Shown piece by piece: positions 12,731 through 23,582 of a stretch of 64,000 nucleotides of DNA. Numbering within the stretch: position 1 is the stretch's first letter; every line of letters starts with the position of its first letter. Origin of the DNA: Malacoraja senta (lineage: Eukaryota); NCBI GenBank assembly GCA_038087875.1, contig CM075989.1:8000001-8064000 (forward strand), in the 5' to 3' direction. Both the position numbers and the translations under genes were made by a program. The notes under the pieces are model-generated. The model was not told where the DNA came from and made no database searches. It saw only the letters and a list, made by a program, of their open reading frames with translations.

Positions 12731-13534
12731 CTGAATGGAATTGGCAGACACTTTGTTAGAGTAATTACCTTGTAGATCTGCCGCACATTTCCTCAGGATG
12801 GCCCAAAGTGCTTCATAAACATTTTTACAAACTATTATGGTTTTTATAGGCACTGTAGCCATGGCAGGTTACCATTCAATCATGGCTGATCTACCCTTCC
12901 CGCTCAACCCCATTCTCCTGCCTTCTCCCCATAATCCAAATTATATCAAGGCTGACGTGTTATTTAGCTTCATTTACACCCTTCCTAATCAAGAATCTAT
13001 CCATCTCCACCTTACAAATACCCAATGACGGCCTCCACAGCCGTCTGTGGCAATGAAATTCCACACATTCACCACCTTCTTGGCTGAAGAAATTAGGCAG
13101 TGTTGGGCAGGCGATCAGGAACATAGAGCAGTACAGCACAGGAACAGGCCCTTCGGCCCACAATGACTGTGCTGAACATGATGCTAAGACCAACCCTTAC
13201 TTGCCTGCACATAACCCACACCCCTCCATTCCCTGCACATCCATATGCTGACACAAAAGTCACTATCGTATTTGCCTCCATCACCAGCCCCAGCGGCGCG
13301 TTCCAGGCACTCAACGCCCACCCTCTGCCCCGGGCTTCTCCTTTAAACTTGGCCCCTCTTACCTGTGCCCAGTCTAATGGCGAGAAAACTGAACTATTAA
13401 CTCTGTTTCTCCACAAATCCCAATTACTTACCAAGAATTACACAAAATCAGAGGGTAGAAGGTGACCTGTCATTCCATTGAGCCTGCAGCTCAACCACCA
13501 AATCATATCAAGGCTGACGTGTTATTTAGCTACA

Positions 13535-13922
13535 TGGTGCCTCAGGAAGGCCGTCAGCATTCACAAGGACTCCTCACACCCTTGCAGTAGTCTGTTTGAA
13601 CTTCTACCTTCCGGCAGACGTTACAAGGCCTTCTACGCCCGCACCTCCAGACTTAGGAACAGCTTCATCCCCAGAGCTATAGCTGCTCTGAACCGGCCCT
13701 GCTGAGTGCCCCCCACCCCCCCATGAACTGTCTCCCTCGGATGGTCAAGTGGCACATCGACCCGGCACAGACCTATTTGCACTTTAGACTGTTTTTTTTA
13801 ATCTTGTTTTTCTGGGTGTCTAAATTTTTAGTTCATTAAGTTATTACATCGGATGGAAGCTGCATACCAAATCTCATTGTACCTCTGTGCAATGACAATA
13901 AAAGATATTATTATTATTATTA
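13535..13922 (+). mobile_element. Rex1/Babar-like LINE 3' end
   Basis: HPCSSLFELLPSGRRY..RTSRLRNSFIPRAI followed by AATAAA and a (TAT)n tail. Confidence 0.65.
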
Positions 13923-14554
13923 TTTACACAGTTTACTTCCATATATCCATTAATAACCCCACAGAATAAACATCTATTCTTGTCAGTTTTAAAACCTTTC
14001 AATTCATCTGCCCCAAGCCTCAGTGGTATTTTTGAGAAGAAGGGATACTGAGTTTCTACTTTGGGTTGCATTATTTAATTGGATGCAGTGTTTGTGAAAG
14101 AGTTGTCAATCGTTATATTACTGTACCAATTATAGTGTTCCAAGGACAGAACACCACATTATCTAGTCAATTAAATAAAGAAGTGCCTTCAAAAAACTAG
14201 TTGGGAAATTATCCAATTCTTAAACTACAGGGAGAAACCTAGGGCAGAGTGAAATTACAGCACAGGATGAAAATAATGGCTCTTACAAATGGCTTAAGTG
14301 GCTTTTAGATGGGTACATGGATATGCTGGGAATGGAGGGATATGGATTATGTGCAAGCAGATGAGATTAGTTTATCTTGGCATTATTTCAGAACAGACAA
14401 TGCGGGTTGAAGGGCCTGTCTCCGTGCTGTACTATGTCCCAAACAAATTCCAATTCCTTCCAAATATTCCTACAATGTCGAAAATTAATCTTGTTTTTAA
14501 TAGGTGCTGGGGGGGGGGGGGGGGGGGGGGGAGGACATGATGATTTCAAAACTG

Positions 14555-15800
14555 CAGTCGTTTTTTTCCTCATCTCAATTTTAAATGGCCTCCCCTTTAT
14601 TCTTAGACTGTGGTCCCTGGTTCTGGACTCATCCAACATTTGTCCTGCATCTAGCTTGTCCAGTCCTTTTATAATTTTATATGCTTCTATAAGATCCCCT
14701 CTCATCCTTCTAAATTCCAGTGAATACAAGCCCAGTCTTTCCTCATATGACAGTCCCGCCATCCCGGGGATTAAACTCGTGAACCTATGCTGCACTGCTT
14801 CAATAGCAAGCATGTCCTTCCTCAAATTAGGAGACCAAAACTGCACACAATACTCCAGATGTGGTCTCACCAGGACCCTGTACAACTGCAGAAGGACCTC
14901 TTTACTCCTAAACTCAAATCCTCTCATTATGAAGGCCAACATGCCGTTAGCTTTCTTCACTGCCTGCTGTACCTGCACGTTTACTTTCAGTGACTGGTGT
15001 ACAAGGACTCCCAGGTCTCGTTGCACTTCCCTTTTTCCTAATCTGACACCATTGAGATAATAATCTGCCTCCTTGTTCTTGCCTCCAAAGTGGATAACCT
15101 CACATTTATCTACATTATACTGCATCTTTCATGCATCTGCCAACTCACTCAACCTGTCCAAGTCACTCTGCCACCTCCTAGCATTCTCTTCGCAGTACAC
15201 ACTGCCATCCAGCTTTGCGTCATCTGCAAATTTGCTAGTGTTACTTTTAATTCCATCATCTAAGTCATTAATATATATTGTAAATATATATTTACAATAT
15301 ATATGTGTTGCGGTCCCAGCATTGAGCCTCGCGGCACTCCACTCGCCACTGTCTCCCATTCTGACAGGGACCTGCTCCAACTCTTTGTTTCCTGTCTACC
15401 AACCAATTCTCTATCCATGTCAATACCCTACCCCCAATACCAGGTGCTCTAATTTTGCCCACTAATCTCCTGTGCGGGACATTATCAAAGGCTTTCTGAA
15501 AGTCCAGATACACTACATCCATTGGCTCTCCTTCATCCATTTCACTTGTCACGTCCTCAAAATATTCCAGAAGATTAGTCAAACAGGATTTCCCCTTCAT
15601 AAATCCATGCTGACTTGGACCAATCCTTTTACTGCTATCCAAATGCGCCATTGTTACATCTTTATTAATTGACTCCAGCATCTTCCCCAACATGTCGGGC
15701 TAGCTGGTCTATAATTCCCCATTTTCTCTCTCGCTCCTTTCTTGAAAAGTGGGATAACATTAGCTACCCTCCAATCCACAGGAACTGATCCTGAAATTGA
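14555..15800 (-). mobile_element. CR1 RT fragment in ISG20 intron
   Basis: LDFQKAFD, FADD and RPHLEYCVQFWSP in frameshifted pieces. Confidence 0.88.
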
Positions 15801-16619
15801 TCAAGAAATTGGCCACCATCTCAAGGTTGAAGGGCTTCACTGTTGGAATGGGAAGTAACCATCAGGTTGGTAGGTTCGAGTCCCAGTCAGGAGACTCGCG
15901 CACAAAGTCAACACTAACCATGCTGTTGCAGTGCGAGGGAAAGTTTAGTTCATCAGTTTAGTTTAGTTTATTGTCACGTGTACCGAGGTACAGTGAACAG
16001 TTCTTGTTGCGAGCTATCCAGTCAGCGGAAAGTCAGTACATGATTACAATCGAGCCAATTACAGTGTTTAGATGCATAAGGGAATGCGTTTAGTGCAAGG
16101 TAAACCCAGTAAGGTGATGCATTCTCAGAGGATCTTGCTCTTTCCGCTTTCCAGCAGATTTAAAGGATGTGTGCAGCTGAAGAGCTGGGTAGGTAATTCC
16201 CCATGGGACTGAGACCAACGTTTACCAGCATTACTAAAACGTCATGTTTATTATCACCCGTGTGAGTTGCTGGGTACAAACTCTATGCCATTTTTCCTAC
16301 TTTATAACTGTGACCATTCTTCTAACCTGTATTCTATCAGCTTTAAAGTGACTTTGCGTGCCCCTGAAGAGTGCCACATACATGCATCCACACAACGTTT
16401 GTCCTTCACTGTGGACAGACACAAAATGCTGGAGTAACTCAGCGGGTCGGGCAGCATCTCTGGAGAGAAGGAATGGGTGACGTTTCGGGTGGAGACTGAG
16501 TCTTCTTTCTTCATCGTGTCTCAGTGATGTGGGGGCTGGTTATTTAAGGTAGGTTTTAACAGATCAGAATGGCTGTGCATCGGAATCATTACTTAACTAT
16601 TTCAAGGGGTGAAACTTAC

Positions 16620-16850
16620 CTCTTCTCTGGCTACGTGATAAGGCAAGGCTGTGTCCATATCTAACGGACGAATCCCACTCACGTCTGTCCTGTAATCGGT
16701 TATGGTCCCGTCGGGTTTGATAAATTTGTCGTAGATCACTTTGCCGCTGTAGTCCACGATGCTACAGCGGGCCAGGGCACTTTCAAGGCCGCCTTGTCCA
16801 AGTCCCACCATCTCGCAGTCCATTGCAACATACTTGGAAGGGTCTACCAT
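16620..16850 (-). CDS. ISG20: ISG20 coding exon 1 (77 codons; ExoI motif VAMDCEMVG)
   Basis: MVDPSKYVAMDCEMVGLGQGGLESALARCSIV...TDYRTDVSG...AREE closely follows the human ISG20 N-terminus, with no N-terminal extension. In-frame TGA two codons upstream of the ATG. Donor GAG|GTAAGT at 16620/16619. Candidate acceptor CTACAG| for the 5'UTR part at 16975/16974. Confidence 0.9.
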
Positions 16851-19420
16851 TGTTCAGCTTGTCGGGCACCGAGCGCTCCCTGCAAACTGCAACCGAGTCC
16901 AAATGTGGTTGGTGACAGCAACTTCCCCCTTGCACTGCTCGCTGGCTCAGTTCGCCCTTCCACTGGATACTTGCCTGTAGGTGACAAAACATATCCTGAT
17001 CTCTACAGCTTGGAGTTTCGTGTCGTCACTTTCAGTTCAGTGCCGAGATAAAGTAACAGCGAATCAACAACAGAGCGAGGGAACGCCCACACTTTCATCG
17101 TACCCATGGCTACACTGTTGTCTTCCTTGCTTATCGTTGTTTTGGCTTGCTACAGCACAATCACGTCAGTGCAATCTGCCATAAAATAAAAATGTTTTTC
17201 AGCAGAGCTTGAGGGTACTTCGCGTTTCTGCTCAGACCTACCCCTCAAAGCCGCTGAGACCCAAACCACAAAGATCACTCAAGAAGATTGACACAAAATG
17301 CTGGAGTAACCCAGCGGGACAGGCAGCATCTCTGGAGAGAAGGAAGGGACTACTGAAGAAGGGTCTCCACCCGGAACGTCACTCATTCCATCTATCCAGA
17401 GACGTGATCTGTCCCGCTGAGTTACTACAGCATTATATATCTATCATCGGTGTAGACCAGCATCTGCAGTTTTTTCCTACTCAAAGTTCACTCACTTTGT
17501 TCCCTTCATGAACCCCCTGGGTTTCATTGGCTTCCTGTGCACCTTCTCCCACTCCTGGTATCATACAGCTGTGTGTTTCTCTCTCTGTAAAAATGGATCA
17601 GGGGCACACTCCACAAGTGGCACACACACACTTTTACACACACACCAAGTGATGCTCACACGGGCTTAAATTCGCCTTAGTAAAGTTAGCAAGTAGAATA
17701 CTTTTTCAGACACAAAGCGCTGGAGTAACAGCAAAGTGCTGTTGGTAGACTCGCTGCCTCACAATGCCAGAGACCCGGGTTCGATCCCTACCTCGGGTGC
17801 TGTCTGTGTGGAGTTTGCAGGTTCTCCCTGTGACCGTGTGGGTTTTCTTTGGGTGCTCCGGTTTCCTCCCGCATCCCAAAGACGTGCAGGTTTGTAGGTT
17901 AATTGGCCTCTCTAAATTGCCACAAAGTGTGTCGCACGTGGATGAGAAAATAGGATAACATGGAACTAGTGTGATTGGGTGATCGATTGTTGGCATGGAC
18001 TCTAAACTGTGTTTAGAGATACAGTTTAGAGATTCCACACTGTATCTCTAAACTGAAATTAAACTCAGTGAGTCAGGCAGCATATCTAGAGAACATGGAA
18101 ACGTGGCAATTCGGGTGGGGACCCATCATCAGGCTGCCGGGGTGGAAGATTGCAACCTTCACGTGGTCCGCCCTGTTTCGACGAATGCAATCAACCTGGC
18201 GTTGCACAATCAAATAGAACAAGTTGTCCTACAACTTTAGGCTGTGCACGCCATACGCAAGAAGGTCAGACTGCCTTACACCTACCAGAAATGGAAAAAG
18301 AGATAGGTTTGAGGATAATCTTCTGTACACTGAGGTTCTGAAGGTCATTCTTTGCAAGGAAACTGTTGTTCCATTTCCAAATACCAGCTAGCCTACTGCA
18401 TTATGCAGATTTTAAAATTTGTGTGTGGGTTTATTTTTATTACAACATAGCAACAGGATAAAGCTATGCAGCCCCACAAACCTGTTCCACCATCCATTGT
18501 GTTGACGCTAATTTCTGAACTGATCCATGTACTTACCATACTCCACCTACCGGACTCCACGTCATTCACTACTTCGTCATTTGTAGAAGAGACTTTTACA
18601 TTTCTACCACTGCCTGTGTGTAAAAACCTACTTAACTTCACCTGTATTTTCTCTGGAAAGTCAATGGTTGAGGGATTGACTGATAAGAGTTACATAAAGT
18701 TATGGGAGGCATAGATAAGGTAAACAGTCAGAACTATTTTCATAGATAAAAATATCAAATACTGGAGGGCATAGAGTTTAACGTGAGAGGGAGAAAGTTT
18801 AAAGATGTACAGGGCAAGTATTTTTTATACAGAGGGTGATGGGTGCCTGGAACACACTGGTAGTGGAGGCAGACATGATAGTGCATTTCAGAGACTTTTG
18901 GATAGGCATATGTATATGCGAGGAATGAAGGGGAAAGGATTATGCACGGGCAGATAAAAGTTGGTCTTGGCATCATTTTCGGCACAGACTTTGTGGGCCG
19001 AAGGGCCGGTCCTGTGTTGTACTGTTCTATGTTTAACAATGTGGAATCAGGCCCTTTCGGCTCACTGAGTCCATGCTGACTATTGATCACCTGTACGCTA
19101 GTTCTATGTTATCCCACTTTTGTATCCTACACACTAGGGCCAATTAACCTACAAACCGGCATGTCTTTTGAATGTGGGAGGAAACCAGCGCACCCGCAGA
19201 AAACCCACGCGGTCACAGAGAGAATGTACAAACTCCTCACAGACAGCACCCATAGTCAGGATTGAACCCAGGTCTCTGGCGCTGTGAGGCAGCAACTCTA
19301 CCACTGTGTTCTAGTGGAAAATAGAAATATACCCACACTTGAATGGCCTGGTTTTAATTTTTAGACATGGTTTAATCCGCAGATCCCTAACCATTGTAAA
19401 TAGTTTCTCTCTATCTACCT

Positions 19421-19512
19421 GTTTGAGAAAGAACTGCAGATGCTGGAAAAATCGAAGGTAGACAAAAATACTGGAGAAACTCAGCGGGTGAGTTTCTCCA
19501 GCATTTTTTGCC
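19421..19512. mobile_element. Fold-back Penelope-derived mini-element
   Basis: 16-bp TSD ttctctctatctacct; internal hairpin ctggagaaactca/tgagtttctccag. Confidence 0.75.
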
Positions 19513-19756
19513 TTCTCTCTATCTACCTTATCAGTTTCCCTGAATATCCTGAAAAGTTCACAGCTCACGGCTTTATCTCCCAAATTCCAGGAAGTACAAC
19601 CATAGTTTCTGTAATCCACCCAGTCATCCTGATAGCCAAACATCATTCCCACAGCTCTCCAAGATTAATGTGTTCTCCCAAAATGCAGTATCTGTAACTG
19701 TTCACAAAACGTCACAGCATTAGGAATAGAGCAAGAGTAGGCTATTTATCCCCTAA

Positions 19757-19950
19757 GGTAGACGAAAATGCTGGAGAAACTCAGCGGGTGAGGCAGCATC
19801 TATGGAGCGAAGGAAATAGGCAAAGTTTCAGGCCGAAACCCTTCTTCAGACTCCTATTTCCTTCGCTCCATAGATGCTGCCTCACCTGCTGAGTTTCTCC
19901 AGTATTTTTGTCTACCTTCGATTTTCCAGCATCTGCAGTTCCTTCTTAAA
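19757..19950. mobile_element. Fold-back Penelope-derived mini-element
   Basis: 14-bp TSD tatttatcccctaa; inverted pLTR arms around the hammerhead motif. Confidence 0.8.
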
Positions 19951-20786
19951 TATTTATCCCCTAACACCTGTTTCACAGGTCATGGCTAATCTTTATACCT
20001 CAGTGCCATTTTCCCCCAGACTAATTCCATATCTCTCTATTTCCTCAATGTCCAATAAATCTATTGGTGGCTGTTCTGACTATACTCTGTGAATGAGCTT
20101 CTCCCAGCCCTCTAGGGTACATAATTCCAAAGAGTCAACAAGAGTCACCGAGTGAAGAAATCCTCTCTAGGTGTGGCAAATGTCTATCATTTGTACTTCC
20201 CCATTTTAACTAGCATTACATTAACCATTTCAATTATTTTCTGTATCTGTTCATGATTTAATGATGTAAATAGTCCTTTGAGTTTCTTTAGACCTCTAAT
20301 TGTTCTACCCTTATACCATTTAGAAGTTATGGGCCACCTAGTTAAACAGGGTGGTGAAGAAAGCAAGGCACAAAGTGCTGGAATAAATCAAAGGGTTAAG
20401 CAGCATTGGACACACAGTGCTGGAGTAACTCAGCTGGTCAGGCAGCATCTCTGGAGAAAAAAAGATGGTTGACGTTTTGGGCCAGAATCCTCCTTCTTGA
20501 GATTTTGCAGTGGAGCAGACAAAATGTGCAGAAAGGAACTGCAGATGCTGGTTTTATAGCAACCTGACTCGCTGAGTTACTCCAGCACTTTGTGTCTATC
20601 TCCGGTATAAACCAGCGTGTGCAGTTTCCTTCTGCACAGAAGGGTTCCGACCTGAAACGTTACCCATCCTTTTTCTCCAGAGGTGTTGCCTGACCCGCTG
20701 AGTTACTCCAGCATTTTGGGTCAAGCTGCATTTCTGGGGGAAATGGATAGGCAACGTTTTGGGTCAGGACCCTTCAGAAGAATAGG

Positions 20787-21990
20787 GTGTATGGTGTGCT
20801 TGCCTTCATCGATGGAGGCATTGAATACAGGAGTATGGGACACCCTGAAACAAGCGTAGAAATCACTGGTCAGGCCACCCAATTGCAGTATTGTGCACAG
20901 TTCTGGTCACGAAACGTGCAGGAAGAAGGATGTGGTACAGTTATAGAGGTGCAGGAAAGATTCACAGGAACGATGCCTGGACTGGAGGGCCTGATTAGGG
21001 CTCAAGGAGAGATTGGTTAGGCTGCTGCTGTTTTCCCTGGAGTGAGGCGGCTAAGTAGTGATCTTATAGAGGTGCATAAAGTGATGAGGGGCATAGATAG
21101 TAACAGTCACTTTCCCAAGAGAGGAGTGTCCAAATCTGGAGGACATAGGGTTAAGGTGTGAGGGGGAAAGATTTAAAGGGCATCTTGGAGGCGTTATTCA
21201 CACAGAAGGCAGTGGGTATGTGGAATAAGGTGGCAGAGAAGGGTACAAGACAGGTACAATGACACCATGTTAAAAACATTGGGATAGGTACGTGGGTAGG
21301 AAAGGTAGGACATGGGCCATATGGGACCAACTCATGTAGGGAACGTGGTTGGCACGGATGGTCTATTTCTGTGCTGGATAACTCAGTACCTATGAATAAA
21401 AGATGGAAACGTTTCTTCAATAAAACATTGAAGTCCATATTTTCATAATGCTAGCTGCATGTTAGGTTTTAATGATTAAGCAATGTTAAGTCCTATTGGT
21501 TTTACACGTCACATGTTATTATTCCTGCACCAGAGGATTGGTGTTATTCCAGTGCATCATCTCAAGCCGAAATTCCCTTTGGACACATTTCTGTCAGCTG
21601 ATTCATGCACAGGAATTTAACACAATGAGTAAACAATATCATACACATAGTAAGTACCCTTTTAAGAGAGGTGTCCAAGATCATGAGGGGAATAGATAGG
21701 GTCGATGCACAGAATATTTTACCCCAAGTAGGGGAATCAAGAACCAGAGGACATAGATTTAAAGTGAGAAGGGAAAGACTTAATAGGGACCTGAAGGGCA
21801 ACCTTTTCCACACAGAGGGTGGTGGTTATAAAGAATTTGCTGCCAGAGGAGGTAGTTAAGGCAGGTGCTTTGGAAACATTTATAAGACATTTGGACGGAT
21901 ACATGGATCGGAACGGTTTGGAGGGGTATGGGCCCAATGCATGCAGGTGCAACTAGTGTAGATGGGGCATGTTGGTTGGCATTGTTGCAG
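20787..21990 (+). mobile_element. Old CR1 3' fragments
   Basis: Degenerate YCAQFWS and RGHRFKV motifs. Confidence 0.65.
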
Positions 21991-22904
21991 AGCTCCAAGG
22001 GTGATACTGGCTCTCATTCTTTTGACACTTCAACTCTTCCCTACACTCCCACTCTTTGTCCGAGCCTTCTGCTCCGAGCCAAGGAAGTTCATCATAAGTT
22101 TGTGGAACTCCATCTCATCCATTGGAGATATTACCAATGGCCTCAACAAAATAGATAAACAGTTTAAGCTAATGCTTTTTCCTATTTGCATTCGCTGTGC
22201 TGTGGGTGGTTACGTGACTGGGCTAAGAGTCAGAGTGCTTTGACCTTTGATTGGGAGATGTGAGTTTGAAGAGTGGTCGGGAAATTTAAATTAAGTAAAT
22301 CGGATAATTCTGGAAAGTCTCAGTCAATGGTAACCAAGACATTTCTGGACAATCACTTCAGGAAGGGAAACCAGTCCACCCAGTATACAACTCCATAGTT
22401 ATTTAGATGCACTGTTTTTAAAATACAGCGTGGAAACAGGCCCTTTGGCCCACCGAGCGCACACCAGTTCGCACTAGTTCTACAGTACGCTATCCCACTT
22501 TCGCATCCGCTCCCTACACACCAGGGGCAATTTACAGAGTCCAATTAACCTACAAACCCGCACGTCTTTGTGATATGGGAGGAAACCACAGCACCCGGTG
22601 GAAATCCACGTGGTCACAAGGAGAATGTGCAAACTCCATAAAGACAGCAGCCGTGGTCAGGATCGAACCCGTGTCTCGGGTGCTGTGAGGCAGCATCTCT
22701 ACCAGTTGTGCCCCCACAACTCCCAGCTGCGAACTCCTAACCACTTCCTCAGGTGGAGAATAAACGCTGGCAATAACAACAAAATCATCCACATTTGGTA
22801 AGCCAAAGGTCCTTGTCTCATTTATACTTCATTTGTACTTTATTACAGTGTTTTCTTTTTGCACCTTTCATTGAGCTGAAATGTACCTGGGTCACTGACT
22901 ATTA

Positions 22905-22989
22905 ACTTTCAGTTTCCATTTCCTAACATGTTTTCAGTTTCCATTTGCTATCACGTTCACTTTCTATTTCCTCGTACATGTTCAGTTTC
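22905..22989 (-). promoter_or_regulatory. ISRE/IRF-binding cluster, candidate ISG20 interferon-responsive promoter or enhancer (copy A)
   Basis: Four exact GAAANNGAAA motifs (plus strand TTTCNNTTTC at 22907, 22913, 22932, 22961) and a partial one at 22980, about 6 kb upstream of the ISG20 ATG. Confidence 0.65.
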
Positions 22990-23582
22990 TGCTGTCTGTA
23001 GCGATGACCTATCGCAATTGTGCAATGGAAGGTTATTCCACATTATTTGCTGGGCTAATTAATGACCCCTCCTCATTAGCCCTCGTTATTGTATTCTACT
23101 TAAACCCGATATCATTTCAAAGTATGTCATGCGCCTCACTTGAACCAAACTGAAACTTTTGCATCCACTCGCCACACACCAGGGGCGATGTACAAATGGC
23201 ATTTAACCTACAGACCCGCACGTCTTTGGGATGTGGGAGAAAACCGGAGCACCTGGAGAAAACCCACGCGGTGACAGGGAGAATGTGCAAACTCCATACA
23301 GACAGCAGCCGTGGTCAGGATTGAACCTGGGTCTCTGGTGCTGTGAGGCTCTACCAACTGCACCTCTGTGCAGCCCCCACAATCTCCAGCTGTCAACCCT
23401 TAACCACTTCCTCAAGTGGAGAATAAATAATGGCAATGACAACAACAGCATCCACATTTGGTAAACCAAAGATAATTGTCTCGTTTAAACTTCCGTGCTC
23501 TACCATTTGCACTTTATTAAAGTTCTTTCTTTTTGCACCTTTCATTAAGCTGAAATGTGCCTGGGTCACTGACTATTAACTA

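Noticed and set aside
12353..12862. 169-aa ORF as a stand-alone gene
   Set aside because: Only 12530-12730 is exonic (ISG20); the rest is open intron sequence.
14508..14533. G-tract as a functional G-quadruplex or poly-Pro coding sequence
   Set aside because: A simple homopolymer beside a CR1 fragment, with no supporting context.
18139..18265. HDV-like ribozyme
   Set aside because: No nested double pseudoknot could be assembled; P1.1 GG and the catalytic-C junction are missing.
22925..22985. p53 response element (acatgt cores)
   Set aside because: Only isolated imperfect half-sites with the wrong spacing.
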